From an uncultured Eubacteriales bacterium (GTDB lineage: Bacteria; Bacillota; Clostridia; Oscillospirales; Oscillospiraceae): a stretch of 60,041 nucleotides of DNA. Shown piece by piece: positions 27,029 to 35,885 of the stretch. A program made the position numbers and the translations under genes. Position 1 is the stretch's first letter. Each line of letters starts with the position of its first letter. The notes under the pieces are model-generated. The model did not search any database. It was given only the letters and a program-made list of their open reading frames with translations, and was not told the DNA's origin. Location of the stretch: contig USQL01000001.1 in the NCBI GenBank assembly GCA_900556935.1, positions 1-60,041 of the forward strand, given 5' to 3'.

Positions 27029-29500
27029 TTATTCCACCGCCTTCAAAGATTCCGCCATGGGGATGCGGCCGATGTGGCGGCGCATGACCCGGCCCACGAT
27101 GGCCGAAAACAGCAGCGTGCAGAGAAAGGCCGTCAGATAGCTGGCCCTTTCAATGTGGATATCGAAGCAGGAATTGTCCACGGTGACCATGCCCATGACA
27201 ATGGGCTGCAGAATGCTGCCCAGGGGTATCCCCAGCACCGCCGCCAGGAAGGAGAGCACCGTGTTTTCCCGCAGTACATAGACCTCCGTCTCCTTGGGGT
27301 AGAAGCCCAGAACCTCCACCGTGGCAATCTCCCGGCTGCGTTCGGCCAGATTGATGTTGGTCAGGTTGTAGATGACGATAAAGGCCAGGGCCCCCGCAAA
27401 GCCCACCACCAGCCAGATGATGTAGTTGAGGCAGCTCATGGCGCTGTCCACACTCTCCAAAGAGACGGACATCCGGCTGATGGCGGTGACCCCATCCAGC
27501 TCGGTCAGAGCCTTGGAAAGGGCAGGCTCGTCCGTGTCGGTTTTCAGCAGCAGGGCGTTGGGGGCGGTGCTGCCAAAGCCGGCGGCGCAGTCCTCGGCCC
27601 GCACAAAGATGTAGTTTGCCACATAGTTCTGGAAGATGCCGGAGACGGTGAAGGAAACCCGGTTCAGGTCGCTGTCCTCGGCCTCAACGGTGTCCCCCAC
27701 GGACAGCTCCAGCTTTTCGGCCAACCGGCGGCTGACCAGGGCCTGCCCCGGGCCGGGGGCACTGAGGGCTTCCCCGTTATAGGAGAGGGTCCAGTAGTCG
27801 GGAAGGTCCTCCCAGCGTTCCGGGGCCAGAAGGGTGACGGTGCGCAGTGTGTCCCGCTCTCCGTATACGTCCACCCGGTTTTGGATGCAGGGCAGGGCAT
27901 CGGTAATCCCCTCCATCCGGGAAACGGCCTGCTGAACCTCCTGGGATTTGCTCTCCGAGAAGCTCAGGCCCATGTCGTAGTGCTGGATGCCGCCGAACTG
28001 CAATTCCCCGATGTGAATCATGGAGTCCCGCACGCCGAAGGCCGTGACCATCATGGCGGTGCAGCAGCCGATGCCCACCAGCATCATCAGGCAGCGAAGC
28101 TTGTAGTGCAGCATGTTCCGCAGGGTGATTTTCTGCAAGAAGGACAGGGGCTTCCACAGGAAGGGAATGTATTCCAGCAGAATCCGCCGCCCGCTTTTTC
28201 CTCGCTGGGGCCGGATGAGCTCGGCGGGCACACTGCGCAGGGCCCTCTGGCAGGAGGCGAGGGTGGCCCCCAGAATGCCAACCAGGGAAACAACCAGGGT
28301 GATTCTCGCAAGAGAGGGGCTGAACCGATACTGAAGCGGGGCAAATTTGTACAGCACCCCGTAGGCCATCCAGAAAATCTGGGGAAGTCCCCAGGTGCCC
28401 AGAAAATACCCCGCTGTCCAGCCAATCAGGGTGGCGATGCCCGCATAGAGCAGGTATTTCGCGGCAATGTCCCAGCTGTGGAAGCCCAGGGCCTTCAAAA
28501 CGCCAATCTGGGTCCGCTCCTCGCTGACCATCCGGGTCATGGTGGTGATGCACACCAGAATGGCAATCATAATAAAGAATACCGGCAAGAGATTGGCAAT
28601 ACCGGAAATAATGGCGGTGTCGTTTTCAAAGCTTACAAAGCCCGCGTTCTCCCGCCGGGTCAATACATAGGTGTCCGGCTCCTCCAGGTCCACATACTGG
28701 GCCTGCTCCTTTTCCAGGCCGTAGGCATCCAGAATGTCGTCAAACCGGTCCTGGGCCACCTGGGACAGAACCTGGGTCATCTGGGGCTTATAGGTGTCCA
28801 TCAGCTCCTCGTAGTCCTGGGAATAGATGTTCGCCCGGGTCCGCAGGGTTACGTCCACCTCGGTGTATACATCCTGGTCCTGAGAAAAGGCATTGGGGCT
28901 CAGGTAGAGAAAGCCCTTCAAAGAGCCGTCCCCGATGGTGGTGGTGCCCCGGTCCGTGCTCAGGTACAGGGGGGAGTTGGCAAGGCCGGTGATGAGAAAG
29001 CTGTGCTCTTCCAGAAAGTCCAGGGTGTCGTCATTATTTTCCGGCGACAGGGTGATAACCGTGCCAATGTCCTTTTCGGAAAAGGCCCGGGCATCCGCCA
29101 GACACTCCGTCTCGTTCATGGGCATCCGGCCGGAAACCAGGGAGGCCAGGTTGATTTTCTCCGGCAGGGAGAGCAGGTTGAAGGCCGCGGTGGAACCGTC
29201 ATAGGGAATCAGCGCGTCGATGCTTTTCTGCCCCTCGGTTTTGGAAATCCAGGGCTGCTTGGAAATCTCCTCCACATCGTCGTCCGAAAAGCCCAGGGTG
29301 GAAATCAGCCGGAAATCGTAGAAATTCCGCTCTTCCAGATAGCCCTGACAGGTGGCATACATGGCATCCTTCGTCACCTTCAGGCCCGCGAAAAAGCTGA
29401 CGCTCAGGGCCACAATCAGCATCAGGGCCAGGAACCGCCCCAAAAAGGAGCGGATGGTCCGCAGGGTCATTTTTACAATGGATTTCATACCCGTCACCAC
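27029..29500 (-). CDS. FtsX/MacB-type ABC exporter permease (two FtsX repeats)
   Basis: TTMTRMVSEERTQIGVLKALGF and NINLAERSREIATVEVLGF; start could be 29488. Confidence 0.88.
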   Translation of the reverse strand: MVTGMKSIVKMTLRTIRSFLGRFLALMLIVALSVSFFAGLKVTKDAMYATCQGYLEERNFYDFRLISTLGFSDDDVEEISKQPWISKTEGQKSIDALIPYDGSTAAFNLLSLPEKINLASLVSGRMPMNETECLADARAFSEKDIGTVITLSPENNDDTLDFLEEHSFLITGLANSPLYLSTDRGTTTIGDGSLKGFLYLSPNAFSQDQDVYTEVDVTLRTRANIYSQDYEELMDTYKPQMTQVLSQVAQDRFDDILDAYGLEKEQAQYVDLEEPDTYVLTRRENAGFVSFENDTAIISGIANLLPVFFIMIAILVCITTMTRMVSEERTQIGVLKALGFHSWDIAAKYLLYAGIATLIGWTAGYFLGTWGLPQIFWMAYGVLYKFAPLQYRFSPSLARITLVVSLVGILGATLASCQRALRSVPAELIRPQRGKSGRRILLEYIPFLWKPLSFLQKITLRNMLHYKLRCLMMLVGIGCCTAMMVTAFGVRDSMIHIGELQFGGIQHYDMGLSFSESKSQEVQQAVSRMEGITDALPCIQNRVDVYGERDTLRTVTLLAPERWEDLPDYWTLSYNGEALSAPGPGQALVSRRLAEKLELSVGDTVEAEDSDLNRVSFTVSGIFQNYVANYIFVRAEDCAAGFGSTAPNALLLKTDTDEPALSKALTELDGVTAISRMSVSLESVDSAMSCLNYIIWLVVGFAGALAFIVIYNLTNINLAERSREIATVEVLGFYPKETEVYVLRENTVLSFLAAVLGIPLGSILQPIVMGMVTVDNSCFDIHIERASYLTAFLCTLLFSAIVGRVMRRHIGRIPMAESLKAVE

Positions 29501-30195
29501 TCAATGCTTTCGATGGGCACAATGTTCTCGTTGCGCTCGTTGGAGCGGATGCGGCCGCTTTTGATGCGGATAATCCGGTCCGCCATGGGGGCGATGGCCT
29601 GGTTGTGGGTGATGATAATCACGGTGGTGCCCTGGGCCTTGCTCAGGTCGTACAGAAGCTTTAATACCGCCTTGCCCGTTACATAGTCCAGCGCGCCGGT
29701 GGGCTCGTCGCAGAGAAGCAGCCTGGGATTTTTGGCCAGGGCCCGGGCAATGGAGACCCGCTGCTGCTCACCGCCGGAGAGTTGGGCCGGGAAATTCCGG
29801 GCCCGCTGGGCCAGGCCCACCATGTCCAGGGCCTTTTGGGCGGGAATGGGGTTGCTGCACAGCTGGGCGGCAATCTCCACATTTTCCAGGGCCGTCAGAT
29901 TGGGAATCAGATTGTAGAACTGAAACACAAACCCCACATCGTGGCGGCGATACTTTGCCATCTCCAGGGAGCTCAGATGGGAGATGTCCCGCCCGTCGAA
30001 CAAAATGGTGCCGGAGGAGATGGTGTCCATGCCCCCCAGCATATTGAGCAGGGTGGTTTTGCCCGCGCCGGAGGAGCCCAGCAGCACCACAAATTCTCCC
30101 TTCTCCACCTCAAACGACACCCCGTCCAGCGCCCGTACCTGGGCCGCCCCGGTGCCGTAAACCTTTTCCACATCCCGAAATTCAATATAAGCCAT
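29494..30195 (-). CDS. ABC transporter ATP-binding protein
   Basis: [29 protein letters not shown] and ITH. Confidence 0.95.
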   Translation of the reverse strand: MAYIEFRDVEKVYGTGAAQVRALDGVSFEVEKGEFVVLLGSSGAGKTTLLNMLGGMDTISSGTILFDGRDISHLSSLEMAKYRRHDVGFVFQFYNLIPNLTALENVEIAAQLCSNPIPAQKALDMVGLAQRARNFPAQLSGGEQQRVSIARALAKNPRLLLCDEPTGALDYVTGKAVLKLLYDLSKAQGTTVIIITHNQAIAPMADRIIRIKSGRIRSNERNENIVPIESIEW

Positions 30196-30320
30196 GCATT
30201 CAGCCTCCTGTTATTACCGTACTATTTTATCGTACCACAGGGGGCCCTGTAAAGAAGTTTCTTTTCTGTGAACAAAATAAAAACGAGATAAAAACGAGGC
30301 CGCCTGGCCTCGTTTCTGCA

Positions 30321-31184
30321 TCAGGTATGCTTGCTTTTCAGCGCCTCTGCAATGCGGCGGCGGTAGTTCCGGGCCCGGTCCAGGTCCCGGCGGGAGAACT
30401 CGGAAAAGAGCACGTCCAGCAGGTACATCTGGGCAACCCTCGCGGCGATGGAGCCGGACTGCATGGGGCTTTCGTTGGCACCGCACTGCAGAACAAAATC
30501 GGCAATCTGCGCGCCGGGGGAGTTGGGGAAGCGGGTGACCAGAACAATCTTGGCCCCCCGGTCCCGGGCAATGCCCGAAATTTCCAGCACATCCCGGGTG
30601 GAGCCGGAATAGGAGAAGAAGAACAGAACGTCCCTGGGGTCCATAATGGCGGCCGCCATGGCCTGCATATGGGAGTCCTCCACCGGGCGGAACTGGTTGC
30701 TGACGGTGGAGAACAGGTGGGCAGCCTCCCGGGCAATCAGCATGGAGCCGCCCTGGCCCATGCACAATACCTGCCGGGCCTCCTGGAAGAGGCTGGCCAC
30801 CTGGGAGACCACATTCAGGTCCAGCACCTCCATGGTCTGCATCATGGCCTCGGTGTTGGCCCGGTAGAGCTTCTGGGCCATGGTGGTCAAATCGTCCTGG
30901 GGGGCCACCTGCCCGCTCAAAGGGGTGTCCCCCAGCCGGGCCTGGGCCATGGCGTTGGCCACGGCCAGCTTTAAAAGCGGGAAGCTCTTGTAGCCCATGT
31001 GCCGGGAGAACCGGGAGACCGTGGCCTCGGCCACGGAGCTGGCCCGGGCCAATTCCGAAATGGACAGCTGGGTCACCTTTTCCTGGTTGGCCAGAATAAA
31101 ATCCGCCAGCCGTTTTTCCGCCGGGGTCAGGGAATAGTAGTCGCTTCCGATTTTCAGAATCACGCTTTGCTGCTTCGCTTCCAT
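30321..31184 (-). CDS. MurR/RpiR family regulator
   Basis: N-terminal HTH (SISELA..VAEATVSRF) plus SIS domain (FSYSGST). Confidence 0.92.
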   Translation of the reverse strand: MEAKQQSVILKIGSDYYSLTPAEKRLADFILANQEKVTQLSISELARASSVAEATVSRFSRHMGYKSFPLLKLAVANAMAQARLGDTPLSGQVAPQDDLTTMAQKLYRANTEAMMQTMEVLDLNVVSQVASLFQEARQVLCMGQGGSMLIAREAAHLFSTVSNQFRPVEDSHMQAMAAAIMDPRDVLFFFSYSGSTRDVLEISGIARDRGAKIVLVTRFPNSPGAQIADFVLQCGANESPMQSGSIAARVAQMYLLDVLFSEFSRRDLDRARNYRRRIAEALKSKHT

Positions 31185-31204
31185 ATGCTCTCTCCTGTAA
31201 TAAG

Positions 31205-31406
31205 AACGGGGCTGTTAGAAAACAACCTGTCATTGCGAACCAGTCCGCAGACTGGTGTGGCAATCCCCCGGATTTTCAAACATTCTGGTAATAAAACCAG
31301 GCTGTTTCCATTCAACCGGGGGGCTGTGCCCGAAGGAAATACCCTTGGGTTACCACACCAGTGACATCGGTCACCGGTTCGCAGCGACTTTTCCAACAGC
31401 CCCGTT
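31205..31406. mobile_element. Longest copy (about 200 bp) of the GGGGCTGTT...AACAGCCCC MITE/REPIN element
   Basis: Terminal IR AACGGGGCTGTT / AACAGCCCCGTT. Internal palindromes TGTCATTGCGAACCAGT..ACTGGTGTGGCAATC and CCACACCAGTGAC..GTCACCGGTTCGCA. Confidence 0.78.
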
Positions 31407-31422
31407 TCCGCATTCCGTGTTT

Positions 31423-32553
31423 TTACAGCTTCTCTCCGCCCAGATAGACCTGCATGGAGGAGTAGTCCGGCGCGCAGACCAGGAAGTCCGCCGCTTTTCC
31501 GGTCTCGATGGTGCCAACCTCCTTGTCCGCGCCGATGGCGCAGGCGGGGTTATAGGTAGCGGCCCGAACCGCGTCCTCCTCCTTTACACCCCAGGAGATG
31601 ACATTTTGCAGGCACTTCCACATATTGGTCGCGGAGCAGGCGATGGTGCCGTCGGCCAGCTTGGCAACGCCGTCCCGCAGCCAGCAGTCCTGGCCGCCCA
31701 GCTGGAACTGGGTGCCCTCCGGCATACCGGCACAGCGGCCGGAATCGGAAATCAGGCACATCCGCTCTCCGCCGAACATGGAGAAGGCCAGCCGCACAGA
31801 GGCGGGATGGACATGGTAGCCGTCGCAGATCAGCTCCGCCCGGACCTTGGGGTTCTCCACAGCGGCGGGAATCACGCCGGGAGCCCGGTGGGAAATGGCA
31901 GGCATGGCGTTGTACAGGTGGGTCAGATGGGTGGCACCGGCATCAAAAACGGCCCTGGCGTGGTCATAGTCGGAGTCCGTATGGGCAACGGACACGGTGC
32001 ACAGCTTGCTTGCCTGCTCTGTGAATTCCTTGGCACCCTCCAGTTCGGGGGCCACGTCCACAATCTTCACCAGACCTTCGCAGCCCGCCCACAGCTTTTG
32101 GAAGCCCTCGAAATCCGGTTTTTTCAGGTAGTCCGGATTCTGGGCGCCACGCTTTTTGTAGGAGAAGTAGGGTCCCTCCATCTGGATGCCCCGCAGCACG
32201 CTCAGGCCCTTGGGCTTCTCATTCCGCAGCTGCAGAGCGGTTGCAAAGGCCTTTTCCAGGACCTCATAGGGCAGGGTCATGGAGGCGGGGGCAAAGGAGG
32301 TCACACCGTGCTGTACGTAGAAAGCGGCCATTCTCTTCAGGCCCTCGTAGTCGCCGTCGGAAAAGTCCGCCCCGGAGTTGCCGTGGCTGTGGATTTCCAC
32401 AAGGCCGGGAATCACGGTGGCACCCTGCAGGTCAACGGCATCGTCAGGCACATTCTGGGGCAGGACCTGGCCGAACAGGCCGTCCTTCACCTCAAAGGCA
32501 CCGGTATGAAATTGAAAATCAGAGCAAAAAATCCGCGCGTTTTTGTAAAACAT
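31423..32553 (-). CDS. nagA: N-acetylglucosamine-6-phosphate deacetylase
   Basis: PGLVEIHSHG, EGPY..KRGAQ, APE, THLYNAM, DGYHVHP and NPA. Confidence 0.92.
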   Translation of the reverse strand: MFYKNARIFCSDFQFHTGAFEVKDGLFGQVLPQNVPDDAVDLQGATVIPGLVEIHSHGNSGADFSDGDYEGLKRMAAFYVQHGVTSFAPASMTLPYEVLEKAFATALQLRNEKPKGLSVLRGIQMEGPYFSYKKRGAQNPDYLKKPDFEGFQKLWAGCEGLVKIVDVAPELEGAKEFTEQASKLCTVSVAHTDSDYDHARAVFDAGATHLTHLYNAMPAISHRAPGVIPAAVENPKVRAELICDGYHVHPASVRLAFSMFGGERMCLISDSGRCAGMPEGTQFQLGGQDCWLRDGVAKLADGTIACSATNMWKCLQNVISWGVKEEDAVRAATYNPACAIGADKEVGTIETGKAADFLVCAPDYSSMQVYLGGEKL

Positions 32554-32637
32554 ATGGTTTCTCCTCTCAGATAAAAGCAGATTTTGGTAAATCCATAGTA
32601 CCATGTTCCGGCCCGGAATGCAACAGCCTTTTTGAAC

Positions 32638-33204
32638 TTATTCTGTACATTTTTCGCCACTCACCCGGGCCATCAGCGCCCCGCCATTCGTTTTTAGCCA
32701 GGCAAGCCGCTGCCGGTAGTCGGGCAGCACCGCCTCCACCTCCCGCCAGAAGGCGGCGGAGTGGTTCATCTGCTTCCGGTGGGCCAGCTCATGGACCACC
32801 ACATACTCCAGTACCTCCCTTGGTGCTAGGGCCAGCAGACAGTTAAAATTCAGATTTCCCTTGCCGGAGCAGCTGCCCCACCGGCTTTTCTGGCAGCGGA
32901 CGGTCACCCTGCCGTAGGTCACCCCCATGATGGGCGCATATTTTTGCAAGCTCTCCCGGATGGGCCCCTCCGCCAAATCCTTCAGGGTTTCCAGCGCCTC
33001 CTCACTCAGGCTCTGGGCAACCCCCGCCTGCCGGTCCGCCAGAACCTTTCGCCGGTTCCGCTCAATCCAGTCCGCCTTTTCTTCCAAAAAGCGGTCAATT
33101 TCCCGCTGGGGCAGCCGCAGCGGGGCCCGGATGTCCAGGTCCCCCGTGGGGGTAATCCGCAGGGACAGCGTCTTTCTCCTGCTTCTTGTAATCTTAACCT
33201 GCAT
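32638..33204 (-). CDS. YgjP/DUF45 (M48/SprT-like) zinc metalloprotein
   Basis: RWGSCS, YVVVHELAH and NHSAAFW. Confidence 0.88.
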   Translation of the reverse strand: MQVKITRSRRKTLSLRITPTGDLDIRAPLRLPQREIDRFLEEKADWIERNRRKVLADRQAGVAQSLSEEALETLKDLAEGPIRESLQKYAPIMGVTYGRVTVRCQKSRWGSCSGKGNLNFNCLLALAPREVLEYVVVHELAHRKQMNHSAAFWREVEAVLPDYRQRLAWLKTNGGALMARVSGEKCTE

Positions 33205-34054
33205 AGGAAAACCGCGCCTCCACCGTTTGAATTCCCCGGTCCAGAAGCTTTCCGCAGTCCTTCCCCAGGGCTTCCTCCAAAAGGCCATATTCCGTCATCC
33301 CACCATGGGGCACCGCCCAGGCCCCCGCGTCGCTGCCGGGGGCGAGAATGCCGCCCAGGGACGCAAAGGTATTCACATTCTCCATGGCGCTTTCCAGGAT
33401 TTTTTCCACTTCTTTTTCATCAAACCTCCCCGTTCCCCGCAGGTTTCCCACCGCCGACAGGGTTGGCACCCACACGGTTTTCGCTTCCGCCATGGCCTCC
33501 AGCGTCTCCCGGTTTAAGTAGGCCCCGTGCTCTATGGAATCCACCCCTGCCTCCACCGCGGGCAGCACCGTTTCCGGCCCGTTGGCGTGGGCCATGACGG
33601 CAAAGCCCAAATCCTTGGCGATGTGAATGGCCTCCCGGATGATTTTGGGGTCCAGCCCCGGCTCCGTCAAAACGCCACAGTGGTCAAAATCCATGAGCCC
33701 GGAAATCATCAGCTTGATAAAGTCCGCCCCCAGGCGCTTCTGCTTTTCCACAAGGGCTGTGAATTCTTTCAGATTCTCATACTGTTCCCCGATGAAGCCC
33801 CCGTAGTGTCCCGCCATGCACAGAGGCGCGCAGGGGGTCACATAGCGGATGCCATACGCCCCGACCAGCTCTCGGGCCCGCAGTCCCACGCCCCATTTGT
33901 CTCCGCCGTCCCGCAGATAGGTAAAGCCCCTGTCCCGATAGACTTCCAAGGTTCTACGAATGTACCGTTCATCCGGCCCTTCCCGGTGCCGCCCGATGGC
34001 GGCGCGCCAGTTTTCCCCATCCAGCACCATATGAATATGACAGTCAGCAAGCAT
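33194..34054 (-). CDS. Amidohydrolase family protein (prolidase-like)
   Basis: DCHIH, FIKLM, MAHAN, SIEHG and GSDAG. Confidence 0.85.
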   Translation of the reverse strand: MLADCHIHMVLDGENWRAAIGRHREGPDERYIRRTLEVYRDRGFTYLRDGGDKWGVGLRARELVGAYGIRYVTPCAPLCMAGHYGGFIGEQYENLKEFTALVEKQKRLGADFIKLMISGLMDFDHCGVLTEPGLDPKIIREAIHIAKDLGFAVMAHANGPETVLPAVEAGVDSIEHGAYLNRETLEAMAEAKTVWVPTLSAVGNLRGTGRFDEKEVEKILESAMENVNTFASLGGILAPGSDAGAWAVPHGGMTEYGLLEEALGKDCGKLLDRGIQTVEARFSYAG

Positions 34055-34145
34055 ATTTTTCTCCTCTGCATTCGTTTGCTTTCCCCAGTATACCACAGTT
34101 CTTCCCAAAAGAAAACCGTTGACCCCAAAAGGCCAACGGCATTCT

Positions 34146-34247
34146 TTAGTTCCGAACCCTGTTTTCCATGTGCCCGGATTGAATCACCGGGGGCTTTGGG
34201 TCCATGGTCTCCCAGGGGATGGACTTTTTCTCGTCTTCCTTTTTCAC
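34146..34247 (-). CDS. Putative 33-aa small protein
   Basis: RBS GAAAGGAG 8 nt before GTG; (M)KKEDEKKSIPWETMDPKPPVIQSGHMENRVRN*; a terminator-like hairpin follows. Confidence 0.5.
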   Translation of the reverse strand: MKKEDEKKSIPWETMDPKPPVIQSGHMENRVRN

Positions 34248-34303
34248 ACGCGCTGCTCCTTTCGGGGTCGCCCCTTTGACAGGATGCGCACGCAGCGGGC
34301 CGT

Positions 34304-35680
34304 TTATTCCGCGGAATTCGCAAACAGAGGCCGTACCTTCTTGCGATAGAGCCTGCCAAACAGCAGCCAGGTCACCAGGGCGGAGGCCACCTCCGCAATT
34401 GGGAAGGACCACCACACATTGTTCACGTCTCCCATCAGACTCAAAAGGTACGCCGAGGGAAGCAGCACCAGCAATTGGCGGCACAGAGAGACAATGGTGG
34501 AATAGGTTCCGTTGCCCAGAGCCTGAAACGAGCCGCTGAGAGCGATGCACACCGCCGCCACCGGGAAGGGCAGGCACAAAATCCGCAACGCCTTCACGCC
34601 AATTGCCAGAAAGTCCTCGCTGGGATTGAACAGCCCCAAAAGCTTCTCGGGAATCAGCTGGAACGCCGCCAGGCCCACCAGCATGATGCATACCGCCACC
34701 GTCGTCGCCAGCTTGAGCGTGTGGGTAATGCGCTTGGGCTTCCGGGCCCCGTAATTATAGGCAATGATGGAAATGGTTGCGTTGTTGATGCCGAAGAGGG
34801 GCATAAAGAACAGGCTCTGGAGCTTATAATAGATGCCGAACACGCCGGTAGCCGTCTCATGGAAGCCCTGCAGAATCTGGTTCATGCCAAAATTCATCAC
34901 CGATCCGATGCCGTTCATAACAGAGCTGGGCACGCCCACCGCCAGAATAGGGGAAATCACCTTCCAATTGGGCTTTACGTACCGGATATGAATGTGCACA
35001 TCCGGATTGTGCCGGATATTCATATAGATGCCCAGCACCGCGCCGGTGCACTGGCCAATGACGGTAGCCACCGCGGCACCGGCAATGCCCATCCGGGGTG
35101 CGCCGAACCAGCCATGGATAAAGATGGGGTCCAGGATAATATTCAGGACCGCGCCGGTGAGCTGGATCAGCATGGTCTGGAAGGCCCGTCCGGTGGCCTG
35201 GAGCAGCCGCTCACTGAGGACCTGGGTAAAAACACCTACCGTAAAGATACAGCAGATGCTGGTGTAGGCAATGCCGCCCTCCACCGTCTCCCGGACGCTG
35301 GACTGCATCTCATAATAGGGCCGTACTCCAAAGAAGCCGAACAGCATAAAAATCGCCGTACACACCAGCACCAGGAAGATGCCCTGTCCCGCCGCCCAGT
35401 CAGCGGTTTCCTGATCTTTCCGCCCCAGGCTCTGGGACAGCAGGGAGTTGACACCGACACCCACGCCCACGGCAAAGCCAATCTGCATATTCTGCACCGG
35501 AAAGGCCAGGGACAGGGCCGTCACGGCACTCTCCGACACCTGGGACACATAGACGCTATCCACAATGTTATACAGCGCCTGCACCAGCATCGAAATAATC
35601 ATCGGAAGCGCCATGTTGACCAGCAGCTTCCCAACGGGCATAACGCCCATTTTGTTCTCTTTTAACGTTTCCGTCTGCAT
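34304..35680 (-). CDS. MATE family efflux transporter
   Basis: ALPMIISMLVQALYNIVDS, NIILDPIFI and GAAVATVIGQ; RBS AAGGAG before ATG at 35680. Confidence 0.93.
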   Translation of the reverse strand: MQTETLKENKMGVMPVGKLLVNMALPMIISMLVQALYNIVDSVYVSQVSESAVTALSLAFPVQNMQIGFAVGVGVGVNSLLSQSLGRKDQETADWAAGQGIFLVLVCTAIFMLFGFFGVRPYYEMQSSVRETVEGGIAYTSICCIFTVGVFTQVLSERLLQATGRAFQTMLIQLTGAVLNIILDPIFIHGWFGAPRMGIAGAAVATVIGQCTGAVLGIYMNIRHNPDVHIHIRYVKPNWKVISPILAVGVPSSVMNGIGSVMNFGMNQILQGFHETATGVFGIYYKLQSLFFMPLFGINNATISIIAYNYGARKPKRITHTLKLATTVAVCIMLVGLAAFQLIPEKLLGLFNPSEDFLAIGVKALRILCLPFPVAAVCIALSGSFQALGNGTYSTIVSLCRQLLVLLPSAYLLSLMGDVNNVWWSFPIAEVASALVTWLLFGRLYRKKVRPLFANSAE

Positions 35681-35818
35681 ACAATTCTCCTTTTTTCTTC
35701 TTTCCACATCTATGATATACTCACAGCGGAGAATTTGCAATAGGGAGCCTTCATAATTCCGTCTTTTCCATAGAATTCCGCACTCTTCCCAAAAAATGGA
35801 CTTCAAGCGCAAAAAAGG

Positions 35819-35850
35819 ACAGCATACTGCCGGTAAAAGCAGTATGCTGT
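35819..35850 (-). terminator. Stem-loop after the membrane protein gene
   Basis: ACAGCATACTGC-cggtaaaa-GCAGTATGCTGT. Confidence 0.7.
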
Positions 35851-35885
35851 ACAAAAGGCCTTTTAAATCGGTTTCTCAGGACCGC

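Noticed and set aside
26939..29686. 915-aa plus-strand ORF
   Set aside because: Antisense shadow of the ABC permease and ATPase. It has no recognisable motifs, and long antisense ORFs are expected with high GC3.
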